A stretch of 64,000 nt of DNA, taken from assembly GCA_002189035.1 (NCBI GenBank), contig NEEC01000009.1, positions 1,426,001 through 1,490,000 on the forward strand, given 5' to 3'. This DNA is from Utricularia gibba. Its lineage: Eukaryota > Plantae > Magnoliophyta. The notes beneath the pieces are model-generated. The model saw nothing but the letters and a program-made list of their open reading frames with translations. It ran no database searches and was not told where the DNA came from. Position numbers and translations under genes: made by a program. Shown here in pieces: positions 40,037 through 51,707 of the stretch (positions are counted from its first letter, which is position 1; each line of letters opens with the position of its first letter).

Positions 40037-43000
40037 TCAGGCTGGAGGTGGATCTCCCATGGTGTCGTCATCAAACTCCTCATTAGTAGAAAATTCGGTG
40101 CCAGGGAACTGACCGGATTCATTTCCAGGGTAATTCCATGTCACTGGTGCTGGAAACGGTTTACTGCTGTAGTCATCATCTGGAGCATGAATGTGCTCGG
40201 TGCTGTGTTCGCCATTGTGATCATCGGCCTCAGACCTCTTGTCATCATCTGCGCATGATGCCTCAGCATTTAGATCAGAAACCAAATCAGGTCCTGACTG
40301 GCCTGTGTAAGCAACGGTGGCATCTCCAAGTTCCATGGGCTCATCATTAGCCTCTTTCTTTTGCCTTTTCCATTTCTTTGTTGAAGAGGTTCCATCGTCC
40401 TCAAAATCCTCCTCTTCTCTTTCCCTGTGCAAGTAAACCCACAGCTTCCGTTCTGAGTCAAACTGGACACAAGGATCACGCTCGTAATGTAAGCGATCCA
40501 ATGCTCCGCTGACTACTTGATTGACTTGTGTATCAGAAACATCGTCAACGATATACTGTGAATCTCTAATCAATGTACAGACATCTGCCCGAGTGCCGAT
40601 ACTTCCAGGAAGCCTTGAAGCGGCATCTCTCACCAGGCAAAGAATTGTAACATGTGGTGGCCTATCTGGTTTCAACATAAAATGATCTCGAGCCTTCGAT
40701 GTTGGCTTTCCACCACACCTCCTGAGAGGTGCAACAATTGATTTTTTGCCATCAATAGCCGTATAAGAGAAGGCCCTATCTGGTATTTGATATCTCAGCT
40801 CTTCTTCCTTGCGGAAGTATAACTTCACCTCTTCAGAGCTTGGATTGATAGTGCTCAAACTCTTCTGAGCTCTCAGGTCCTTGAACCTTTCTTTCTCATC
40901 CAAACTCACCTGCATTAAGGTGACGGGTGGAGAGGGAAGGCTTCCTATCTGCTTGAGAGTCTCTTGACTATTCTTCAGCCAGTTAGCGAATGCATCAACT
41001 AACTTGACAAGCATTTTGTGAGGAAGGCCCCAAGCATCAGGAGATGTCATCTCCTCAGTAGGTTCATGTTCAACTGAACAATTTGTAACTGGACCTATCC
41101 ATGACCAACACTTCTTGGACTTGTCATATGCCACAAGAGGCTTCCATCCCTTAGCTCCGAGAGGAGCGGTTCTGGATGAAAATATTTTTAGAACACCTCT
41201 GATTAAATCCTGGAGTGGTTCCTGAGTTTCTAGAATGCAAGGATCGCCAGGATTTGATCTAACACGCTCAATAATCTCCTGAACACTTAGAGAAGGAACA
41301 TTTTGATGAGCAAGCGGTGTGCTAACATCTGCATTTGGATCGAATATGACAGTGGTCCCTTCCTCCTTGCTAACTTGCTCCTCCCGGACCCCCTCTTCAG
41401 CATCATTCTTACTATGATGTTTTCCAGCATCTGAATCATCTGGAAGCATGGTGACCATTGCCATGCGAACTGCAGAAAGAAGATGCATAATGGAAAAGGA
41501 GAAATTACTTTGAACACTAGGCGTAATAAGAGGCAATGACTTTTTCAGTCGTTTGGATACGGTTTCAATGTCTTCCATTTCAACTTCCATATTAGGAGGC
41601 AATGAAATTCCATTCTCGTGTAAATCTAATTTGTCATTCAACTTGGTTTTGCCTCGCTTCTTTGTAGAACTTGCATTCTGAAACTGCAATTCATTAGATG
41701 CCTGAGGGCCCTCATCATTACCTTCTAGCTCTGGAAGGTCAAGATCACGCCTAAACTTTCTCTTCTTCAGCATGCTGTTACCTGCTAAAACCATTTCAGA
41801 TCTTTCTGCATAATATCCAGCTGCCACGCCAACCAACTGATTTCTCTTTCCCAACTTTAAGGGAGCTCCATTATCACTAGAAAAGGGCTGTGCCAAGAAA
41901 TAATCATCTGCAAGACTTTCATTCATCTGACTAGATTGAGGAAGATAAGAATCACCAGCAGGATCTTTACGCCTCTTTCCCTGGTTAATGGAATGTTTCT
42001 TAGATGGAATATGAAAACCATCAGCATCTGAAAAGCCATTTGATTCCATTGCATAAAACTGACGCTGCTCATCAGCACCATCTACATTTCCTAGTTTTGT
42101 GGATTGATATTCTTCCAATTCTTTTGTTGGTAACATAGCATAGTAACGAGAATCAAACATCTTTCCACTATTTTCGGGATCAATTCCCTCAGAATTTTGC
42201 CTCATTTTTCTTAACAAAGAGGGTGGCCTGTCAAAGTTGGAGTATTTCTCTCTCTTATATTTCTTCGTATTCTTAAGCATCCTCACATCAGAGCCCTGCT
42301 TCAGTTCCCGCCGACCACTAGGATATGCCCATTTAGTCTTCCCCATCAACGAGTTTTCATCTTCATACTCATCATGCTCTGAAGAATCTGATTCTGTGTC
42401 CTCATTTCTCAAAAACCTATCCATGCCTCCCTTGCCAATCCCCTCAGCAAACTCATTTCCATTCTCCCACTGCTTACTTTTTGAAGATTGTTTTTTTGAG
42501 TTGCTAGGAAAACTGGTTGGGATGTACTCCACATGTTTACGCAACCATGATGGATCTTCAGCACTTAACAGGGGTATCCTTCCCCTTGAGGACATATTCG
42601 ACTTCTCATCGTCAAAATGTTCCATGGTTCTCATTGCGGACGGCTTCACAGTTAACATCGTGATGTCAGACAGCTTATTGATTGTTTTGTTCCTACCCAG
42701 GACATTGGCCTTTCCTGATGTTGAGGATCCCATGAAACTATCCAGATCCTCGTCTGCTCTTGCCCTAAAGTTATGAAGATTGCGATCCCTTCTTGTGACT
42801 GCATGAAACACTGCTTCGGACTCTTCATTGTCTGCAGTCCTCTCATTCATCATCAATGCTGCAGAAGAACCATAACGATGGGATCTCATTGGAACTCCAA
42901 GTAACGCTGAAGGAAGACGATCTATCTCCTTCACTGGTGCAGTTTTCGAACTATACAACTTTGAATTTTTTTTAGAGTTACGTTTACCATGCTTAAAAGC

Positions 43001-43849
43001 ATCCTCATTGTTGACTTTCTGGCCACGATAAGATAATTCTACGTGGCAATTCATGTGGAAAGGAGACTGCGTGCCTGTCTCCTGTCCTAAATTTCGATCA
43101 TTCTTCCTGTTACCCCATAGACCGTCGCCTGTTTCAATTTTATCATAAGGCTCACTCACAAACGCTTCAGCACCCTCATTCTTCTGACTCTTCATTATGC
43201 TCCACAAGTGAAGTTTCTCCTCAATACTATGCTCACGGCAGTTCACCCAAGCTTCCCTCATCTGATATAAATTGTTCACCATGGTGTTGTGATACTTCCG
43301 CAGGTTATGATGATGCTGCCTCTTCTGGAAGAACATTAGGCCCTGCCTATACAGTGTAACTCTTGGATCACACATGCCTCCTTTCAGCATCTCAAACAAT
43401 TTGCTTATCGGGCTACCAAAATGCAAATTATCACCAGAAAAGAGCTGCTTCAGTGTCCGCACAAAATTCTCCTGATCCATGTCAGGCAAATACTTTGAGA
43501 GCTGAAGCCTATCCTCGTCAGTAAGAATGTCATTCCACACATCCAACGAGAGTACATCTGTCAACCCTGGAAGATAAAATAATTCATACGGAACGCTGCA
43601 TGTTTGGTCACCAATTTGGCAAAACTCCTCCCCACTCTCTCCTAATTCCAATGAATCAAAGTTATCATCCGATCCAGCCCCGGAGTCAGAGTCATCAAAA
43701 TCGTCATCATCAGATTCAAGAGCAGAGGCAAGATTCCTGCGCTGAACATCATCATCATATTCATTGGACACAATAGTATCCCTGCTATGTGGCGAATGGA
43801 GCTCCATATCAATCAAACCAGCTTTGGAACTATTCTTTTCAATCACCAT
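40037..43849 (-). CDS. NFRKB-like: NFRKB / INO80-complex subunit-like protein (DEUBAD plus winged helix), single coding exon
   Basis: Uninterrupted ORF; likely start MVIEKN at 43849; LSLDVWNDILT...LSKYLP...LHFGSP (DEUBAD) and FRKEEELRYQIPDRAFSY...GTRADVC...ALDRLHYERDPCV. Confidence 0.9.
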   Translation of the reverse strand: MVIEKNSSKAGLIDMELHSPHSRDTIVSNEYDDDVQRRNLASALESDDDDFDDSDSGAGSDDNFDSLELGESGEEFCQIGDQTCSVPYELFYLPGLTDVLSLDVWNDILTDEDRLQLSKYLPDMDQENFVRTLKQLFSGDNLHFGSPISKLFEMLKGGMCDPRVTLYRQGLMFFQKRQHHHNLRKYHNTMVNNLYQMREAWVNCREHSIEEKLHLWSIMKSQKNEGAEAFVSEPYDKIETGDGLWGNRKNDRNLGQETGTQSPFHMNCHVELSYRGQKVNNEDAFKHGKRNSKKNSKLYSSKTAPVKEIDRLPSALLGVPMRSHRYGSSAALMMNERTADNEESEAVFHAVTRRDRNLHNFRARADEDLDSFMGSSTSGKANVLGRNKTINKLSDITMLTVKPSAMRTMEHFDDEKSNMSSRGRIPLLSAEDPSWLRKHVEYIPTSFPSNSKKQSSKSKQWENGNEFAEGIGKGGMDRFLRNEDTESDSSEHDEYEDENSLMGKTKWAYPSGRRELKQGSDVRMLKNTKKYKREKYSNFDRPPSLLRKMRQNSEGIDPENSGKMFDSRYYAMLPTKELEEYQSTKLGNVDGADEQRQFYAMESNGFSDADGFHIPSKKHSINQGKRRKDPAGDSYLPQSSQMNESLADDYFLAQPFSSDNGAPLKLGKRNQLVGVAAGYYAERSEMVLAGNSMLKKRKFRRDLDLPELEGNDEGPQASNELQFQNASSTKKRGKTKLNDKLDLHENGISLPPNMEVEMEDIETVSKRLKKSLPLITPSVQSNFSFSIMHLLSAVRMAMVTMLPDDSDAGKHHSKNDAEEGVREEQVSKEEGTTVIFDPNADVSTPLAHQNVPSLSVQEIIERVRSNPGDPCILETQEPLQDLIRGVLKIFSSRTAPLGAKGWKPLVAYDKSKKCWSWIGPVTNCSVEHEPTEEMTSPDAWGLPHKMLVKLVDAFANWLKNSQETLKQIGSLPSPPVTLMQVSLDEKERFKDLRAQKSLSTINPSSEEVKLYFRKEEELRYQIPDRAFSYTAIDGKKSIVAPLRRCGGKPTSKARDHFMLKPDRPPHVTILCLVRDAASRLPGSIGTRADVCTLIRDSQYIVDDVSDTQVNQVVSGALDRLHYERDPCVQFDSERKLWVYLHREREEEDFEDDGTSSTKKWKRQKKEANDEPMELGDATVAYTGQSGPDLVSDLNAEASCADDDKRSEADDHNGEHSTEHIHAPDDDYSSKPFPAPVTWNYPGNESGQFPGTEFSTNEEFDDDTMGDPPPA

Positions 43850-44699
43850 CGGACCACACGAAGACCATGAACGGCCCCCACATACAAAATCACAGGTTCT
43901 CACAGCACACAGCAACAGCCCGACCTCGATTTCAAACCCTAATAAAAGAACGACATTAGCATATAATAGCCAGATAAACGAACAAGAATCTTAATTCACA
44001 CAACAAAAAAACCAACTTGTCAGCAATTCAAAGTAATAACAAGAAACAAAAAAAACCCTCCCGATACATAACCCCATTAGCATTTCCACAAATTGTTACA
44101 ATACCACATATAAAACGCATATCCAGATGCAAATTTCCACAAGAGAAAACAAACAACGTCAATAAACATTTTTTTTCCAAAGAAGCCGCAGAGTCTCCGT
44201 CAAAGAAGAAGAAGAGCGAGACGAACTGGATACGAAACCGCACCTGAAATTCTTCCTCAGCGATATCCGGCCGAAGCGTGACAACTCTCTGAAACGGGAA
44301 ATTTCGGCAGGCGATCAGGAGAATTTGTCCAGGCGGGGAAACCCTAGGATGTGGATATACAGGGGAGTAAGCGGAGTTATATTGTGTGCGAAGGGAAGGT
44401 GTAATTGTACGTGAGAGAGAGAGATGTGTGTGTGTGAGAAAGTGTGTGCGCGCGCTTGGGAAGGAGTTGGATGAAAGAAGAAGACGACGAACGTGAGTCG
44501 TCCGATTAGACACTTGTCCTCAAAGGGTAGATTTAAGAAATGACGGATGTACCCTTCTTGCTATCGTACTGCTACCCCCGTGTGCGTGGACTCGTAACAG
44601 AACAATTTCTCGTTTTCTTTTCCCAATTCCTTTTCCCCGGGAACTTTAAATTCTATTTTATCGAAAATGATAAACTAAAAATTTGAATTGGAAAATTAA

Positions 44700-44790
44700 T
44701 TATTTCATGATTGGGCCTCACTAGTCCTCTTAGTTTCCCATTTTGGGCCTCGTGGCCCAATGGGCCCCATCTAACGACCCTTAATTCAAG
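44700..44790. promoter_or_regulatory. Site II cluster in the divergent promoter between NFRKB and the orphan transcript
   Basis: tgggcc twice, ggcccaa and tgggcccc within ~70 bp. Confidence 0.5.
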
Positions 44791-45930
44791 GCACCGACCC
44801 TTTAAAAAACTTGCACAAGGATCCGATCCGACCCGATAGCAAGAAGGGGACGTGTAGGGATCTGCTGCTGATTTGTCTTCTCGCACCAGCGTCTGTCTCC
44901 CCCATTGCTTTCAAATTTCAAAGCTTCTTCTGTGGTTCCCCTTCGATCGTAGATCGCTGCTCCAATCTGGATCCTTCTCGAGCCGGTTCATTTCTCTTTC
45001 GCAAATTGTTGCTGTTGATTGGTTTTCGATGAAATACGATTTTAGTCATGGCAATTCGATTGGTTTGATGTAATTAAATTTATTGGATTTGAAGCTTTAC
45101 CCCTGTAGGAGTAATCATGGTTTATGGCCCATACTCTTTTAGGTTTGTTTAGTTTCATTAGCACATTATGCCTTTCGGAAACTCAGAATGAAAAGTAAGA
45201 TATTTGCGCACATGAATGATGGTCTAGAATCTATTATAATCATTTTTTTATCACAATATTTATTCACTGTTAGGTACTATTCACTTCTTTCCATTTATTT
45301 TGCTACATATATGCAGAGGAGGAGGAAGCAATTCGGTGTATTCAGTTGGTTCATTGTTTTTCGGTGGTCGGCAGTTACTGTGTGTATCTTCTTATAAGGG
45401 CCCTGCCTGTTCTGATATTCACCAGATATTAATATTCTCTGGAACCATTCATACAGGGCCTGCTTTGGAACCACAAAATATTGTCATGCGGAAGTTTGAA
45501 ATGATATATTTTCCATACAATTCTGGACAGTGACTGTAGTAAGACAAATTTGTTTTGTGCTCCGTATATCTCATGAAGTATTTGTTTATGGGTCAGCAAT
45601 GCAGCAATTCTGATTAGTAGAAGCATAGCCACCTGTATGAAATTGAATGTCAAGATGAGAGCTTTACGAAAGGATGAAATTGTATCTGCTAATACAAGTT
45701 ATTACCATCTATGGGTCCTCTTCTATTCGGCTATTTATGTACTCTACTTCATGATGAAAATTCTTTTTTATCAGTTTTAGGTCGTTGCTTGACGCGTGTA
45801 ATCATTTTCTTTGACAACCGAACTCCATGTTCATGCGTAAATTAGTAAAAGCATAGCCACTTGTATGCTACTGTGGTTGGTGTCCATGCGTTGGTATCTT
45901 GGTTGTCGTTCAATCAACTTCTAATTCAAT

Positions 45931-46602
45931 ATGACTTCCAAGGAACAGGGTTCACCAAACCACACATGTAGTAGTCTACAACGTTCAGGGAGTGTACTGC
46001 CCTCACCTACACATCATACATCTAATAAGGTTGCTCCTCTTCCTGTAAAGTGTAATAATAAAACTGTTCGAAATTCTAATGTAAGATTTCTGATAATTTC
46101 TACTTCACCATTATCAAGCATCTGCTTTTGGATTGTGCTCCGCTGTCCATTTTTTGTCTTCATTGTAGTTCATCATTGTTCTCCGTTATTCTATGATAGT
46201 TTTGCCAATTTTCAATTCATAGAAGTATGAATTGCATTCTCTTCTGGACATATGATGAACAATATATTTATTCTAGAAGGGTGTGCCATAGGCCATTTTC
46301 TGATAACAGCTTGTATTCTGATTATTCAGTTTGTGTATGTATATGTAGTTTTCTATGCAGTTTTTGACCAGTGCCAGGGTCCCTCCACTAGAAACCGTCG
46401 CTGGCAAATTTGCTGCACTCCAATCTTCATCACCACGGTGTGCCATTCTTTTCTTATGCATCTCGTGTTGCTGTTTCTCTATCTTAATATCTCCTTTGTT
46501 TATGCAGGGGAACTGGTTCATCTACTTATCAACCCTCTTCAACAACCACTCATATCAATGGACCCCAGACAACAAAACGGGTGCACATGATGGGAATGTG
46601 AC
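45931..46602 (+). CDS. Putative orphan S/T/P-rich protein (~107 aa); exons 45931-46080, 46361-46437, 46510-46602; preceded by an apparently spliced non-coding leader from ~44860
   Basis: Strong donors and acceptors (aat|gtaaga, tatgcag|ttt, cg|gtgtgc, tatgcag|g) join in phase to give MTSKEQGSPN...VRNSN|FLTSARVPPLETVAGKFAALQSSSPR|GTGSSTYQPSSTTTHINGPQTTKRVHMMGM*. No family recognised; the end coordinate is approximate. Confidence 0.45.
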
Positions 46603-49061
46603 AACAGCATTTCAGGAATAGTTGATTTGGTTGGTAAAAAACAGAAGCTGCACTGCAAATCTACATTCTACAGCGATTAAGTGGTTTTGGGTGGGTTCTC
46701 ATTTCACCATTATAAAGAACATCTACACCATCACTGCTCTGTTGTTGGGTCCAGGGAACGGCCCCGCCACCATCCCCAATCTTACGTAAGAAAGAGGGAA
46801 GGCAGAGGGCGGTGATCACGTAAGAGCAGGCCCGCCATAACCGCAGTGGAAGGCAGCAGAAGGGAGGACGATGATTCCTTGCTTGAGAAGAGAGGAAGGG
46901 GTAAAGAAAAGCAGGAGAAGCAGATGATGGCAAGGTCAGGAGTGGGGTCCACATGCTGCCGGCCGCGATGGAGACACCCGGAGCTGCCTCCATCCTTCAT
47001 CTTCCACTCAAACAATCATTTTCTCACCCAACGGTTCGATTTGGAGCCACGTGGTATTCCGTCAGACAACGTGGGCCCTGCCATCCACCCACGGCTCATT
47101 CTCAATCTCCCCTCAATCTCGCCCGCTTCCTACGCATAATTACGTCATTAATGAAAATAACCCAACAAACAAAAAAAAAAAAGAAATACGTCCCTCTCCC
47201 TCGATTTATCAGAAATTGACGTTTGTAATAAATTTTTTAAAATAAAATAATAATTTCAGCCATCACAAATTAAATCCCATGTCTCCTGCACATGAAATTA
47301 TATCCCATAATAAAATATTGGGGATGCTACAAAACCCTAATTATGGGGTTTTATAGTTATGGTCCAATTAAGCACAACTTGGGCCTCTTGATTATTTCAT
47401 TTGATAATTAGAATCCTCCAATCTGCCCCAAATAATAATAATAAGTAAACTCCCCAATCATAATGATGGCAACCAAATATCATAAAGAATTTAGATATCA
47501 ATGCACACATACATGTTGATTGGATCATTACTATGCCACTCATTATTATTAAACAGAGGATTTGTTTGGTAGTCTCTCTTATATCCTTTTAATAAAGTTT
47601 TTAATATAGGTTAAAAAATCAAAGTTAGACTAAAAAAAATAGAAAGATGATGTGGTTTCATTTAAAAATAATATTTATTTTCAATTTAATACTCATATTT
47701 TAAAAATCACATTTTAACAACTATAACCATCCATTGTTCTTGATGATTTTCCATCACTCAACCATGAATATTATCGTGTATACTATTAACAGCGTATTTA
47801 ATAGTATAGTATATAATATTTATATCTATCTTTACAGATACTGTGTTGTTTGATTAAATATTATATATAAGTATATATTGTATACATATATTATTTATAT
47901 ATTTATTTTTTATAGATATTAAATACATAATTTATTGTATATCTTACAATTGATTATATACATACCCAATTACTTTATACTTAAACATATTAATACATTA
48001 TTATCAAAGAATCTTTACTATTTATGTTAGTCTTATAAATTAATTTATTATTATTTTAATATTACTAACTGTATGGCAAAATTATCAAAATTATTCAATA
48101 GAAATGTAATAACCAACCACGGAATGATGTTATTAAAATAGTTATATTTATAATATAAAGTGAATGTGACTCATTTTATGACGTCAGCTAATCATCGAAG
48201 GGTGTGGTGTGTGTGAGTGGGAAATGGGCACGCAAGACGCTGTGTGCTCCCCAGCGCCGGGTTGCTTTATTGCTTTAGACCCTTCCCCGGAGCTTCGAAT
48301 AATTTTGACTGGTCAATCAATTTGACCGGCTATGATGGTGTCTCCAATAGGGGCCCCACACAATTATTTACAGTCCCATTTTTTACATCACAGTGTTTTT
48401 TTTTCCTTCCATTTTTTACTGTGGGTAAATTTGAAAATTCATGGGATAAATTAGAGAGAAGAAGCCATCGAGTCCTCGGGAGGGACCGACGCGTCCCCCA
48501 TCCCTAAATCACGTATAATTAATTTATTTTCGACCTGAAAATGGGAAGAGAAAACATATACTAAAAAATGATGGTTGGCCGGTGCAACCGTTAAACTGGT
48601 TGATCCGAGATCCGACAAGAATCCGGTATTTACCCGTTTTTGGAACTGGGTAAAATGAAAATAATAAAAAAGAAAAGACAAGCACTGTGTGGGGCCCGAG
48701 TAGAGTTTAAATAATGGGTGGGGGCACGCAGCTGGGACCCACAACAGTAGGGCAGAAATAAAAAACAAGATTCCTTCCTGTCTGAGATTTGCTTTTTTCT
48801 TTTTCTTTTTCATTTCTCTATATTACTGCATCCTCCTCCAATCGTACGTACAATCGCAGATTCGCATTACAAATGCCTCTTCTTCTTCTTCCTCCTCCTC
48901 TCCTCCGCCGGTTTCCTTCTGTTCTTACCCACTGAGCACTGAGATACGGCACGCGCCTTCCTGGGGATAAGGTTCTTTCGTTTTACCTGCTGTGGTTGAA
49001 TGCTAATGGTGTTTTGGTGATTCATTCTGGGGAAGAGGATTTGGCTTCGGTTGTGCATGGG

Positions 49062-49923
49062 ATGATGGATTATTTGTGTTCTCATCAGGTTGGGACTTGA
49101 TAATCTTTCTCAAGGGGGTGTTGAAGGGATCTAAGGATGGGTTTTTTCTGTGTTTTCAACAGGAAACGCTGGAAAGCATACTGGCTTCTTCTTCCTCAGG
49201 AACCGCGAAAGCTCCCTCGGTTGCGCACCAGCAAGAGAAGAAGCCGAGGCCTGCGGATCAGCACGCCCTAAAATGCCCACGATGTGACTCCACCAACACC
49301 AAGTTCTGTTACTACAACAACTACAGCCTGTCTCAGCCGCGCTACTTCTGCAAGTCATGCAGACGCTACTGGACTAAAGGTGGCACCCTCCGCAACGTCC
49401 CCGTCGGCGGCGGATGCCGCAAAAACAAACGCATCTCCGCTTCCAATAATGCCTCTTCCAGGAGAACCGCCGTCGCCCAGCAAGAAGCAGCAAACACTGG
49501 TGCCCGGGGGTGACGTATGATCAAAACGACGTCGCACTCGCAATTGCTAGATTTCAAAAGCAGCAGCAGCAGCATTCATCTTTCCGAAGCTATGATGATC
49601 TCGGGTTCTGGGGAAACCCGACCCTGAACTCAAACCCGACCCCGAACCTGAGGTTTGGTGATTCTCTTGGGATTGTGGTGGATCCGCAGCAGCAGGATCA
49701 AATGATGCTTTATGGGGAAATGGGGTTTCGGAACCAGGATCTCGGGATCGTCCCATATGAGGGATACGCCAACGCCTCCGACGTGAAACAGAAAATCTGT
49801 AAAGAGAATGGTGACGGGAGTAGGGTTTTGTGGGGGTTCCCGTTCGGCGGAAATGGCGGCGCTGACTTCGGGATCGGCGGGTGTTCCACGTGGCATGGGC
49901 TCGTAAACAGCCCTCTCATGTAA
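49062..49923 (+). CDS. Dof: Dof zinc-finger transcription factor (DOF2.1/TMO6-clade-like); exons 49062-49088, 49163-49923; apparent 1-nt frameshift in G-run 49506-49510
   Basis: [37 protein letters not shown]; the downstream frame ([12 protein letters not shown]...WGFP...[10 protein letters not shown]) resembles the clade C-terminus. Confidence 0.92.
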
Positions 49924-51707
49924 CCAGAATATGGGAAGTTCAGCAGCATCTGGTTTTCTTCTTCTACTTCACCCGCCCCCTTAGCATTTGTCTGCTTATC
50001 TGAAGCTTGGAAAAATCATTCTCTGCAGACCCTTTTCACCTTGTTTGCTTGTTCATTTCCAAGTACAAACAAACATTAAAACACTCGGAACCTTCTCTTA
50101 AATTGGGCTAAAAAAAACATGTAGTGCCCTATTCGTGGGTCTGTCTACCACAAGATGATGGTATCTGATCTGTAAAGCTAATCGAGACCAAGTTAATTAC
50201 TTTTTGATTGAAGCTTTCATGGCAGAGCCAAGAATCAGCATAAATTCAAGCTATTGTGGGCCTGGTGAGACGACGATGAATAAGCCCTCTGAGGTAATAC
50301 TGTACGGCCCAATCCGATGTGCTTCTTGATTCGCAGCACATTTTCAAACAGATGGATAGCCCTTCTGCGTTAGCATCTGGGCCTCACGGCGGAAACCTTG
50401 TGGGCTGAAAAAGGATGGAATACAACATCAACAACAGATGATCTGCTTTGATGATATCTTTACAGCAACCAAGAAATTCAGCTTTTGGTTACTTACAGCA
50501 GTAACGAGAAGGAGCAGCTTTTGCTGAATCGGAATGGGTTTTGAAAATGATCAACAAATTTGTTTTGAAGAAATTACAAAGAAACCTATTGAGATTTGAG
50601 TGTACTACCAAATTCATCTTATGTAATCCGCCGGCGGGCCTCCGGTTGTGCAGAGTGAGGAGCTGTGAATGGGGGCAACTACAAAATGGAGAACCGCCTT
50701 TCCGTTACATACCCAAGTTTCAAACTTTCTAAGAGCACTTAACCAATCGAAGTAGTAAAAAAAGTACATCCCTTGTAGATGACCCATAACTCTGTGATGG
50801 TTGAAGTTCTGAACAGAAGAGCATTTTCCGGTCCGATCTGCCCCGACCGGCGGATGAAAATAGGCTGACAGTAAATCTATGGCCAGGCTGTGAGTTGCAG
50901 CGTTATCCATTTACTTTCAGCGGTGTCAACCGTGGGGTAAAAATGGTGTAGACAAAAGAGGAGGAAATACAGAGTGGGTCTGGTAAGAAATTGACGATAG
51001 AGTTCCGTCGGTTTCCTCTGCACAAAAACACATGTACTTTCTCAATTTTTGTCCCCCAGTTAAAATCACTACTGTAAAAGCGTAGCCTTTTCTCATGAGG
51101 TCCCGTTTTCAGATCGGGCAATATGCCTTCGCTTGGTTACTGATTAAGATACTCGGAATTGGATGATTAATGATGCCATTGCTTGAAATTTATGATGCAA
51201 AACAGTCGTCTTTTACTTTTCAAGATAAGGAGAGGACCAGGGGGGAGAGTGCGGGCAGGTTAACGGTCGGGGAGAGGTGGTGGTCCCCACCACGACGGAA
51301 ACTGGTGAGCTATCAGAACGGCGGCCCAACTGCCGCGTGCTTATGTGTCACGATGGGTTCTCTATGTTTTTAACTTTCTAGCGCTCTCACTTTCTTGGCG
51401 GCACCCGGAAATCCTCGAAATTTCAGGCCGGCCCCCACCGCAAAAGAGGGGGAGGAGAAAACAAGGCACAGATCAATCGTTTTGAAGGGAGCCCAACTGT
51501 GGCTGGGACGTGATCTTGTGGTGGACGACTGACGGATTGCAGTGATTGCAATTCAATACTTAATTAATAGGATAGGTCAGTTTGTTGGTTTTTTGTGCTC
51601 TTTTTTGGCGTAAAAATTGAGGCGAAATCCGCATTCTTTCTGGTGTATGAGCTTGGGATTGCCGCTATTGTGGGATTCGGGTCATCCCCATTTGTCGAGA
51701 TTTGTTC

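Noticed and set aside
50540-51120. ORFs of 63-98 aa between Dof and the alpha/beta hydrolase
   Set aside because: No homology, and candidate introns are too short; treated as chance ORFs.
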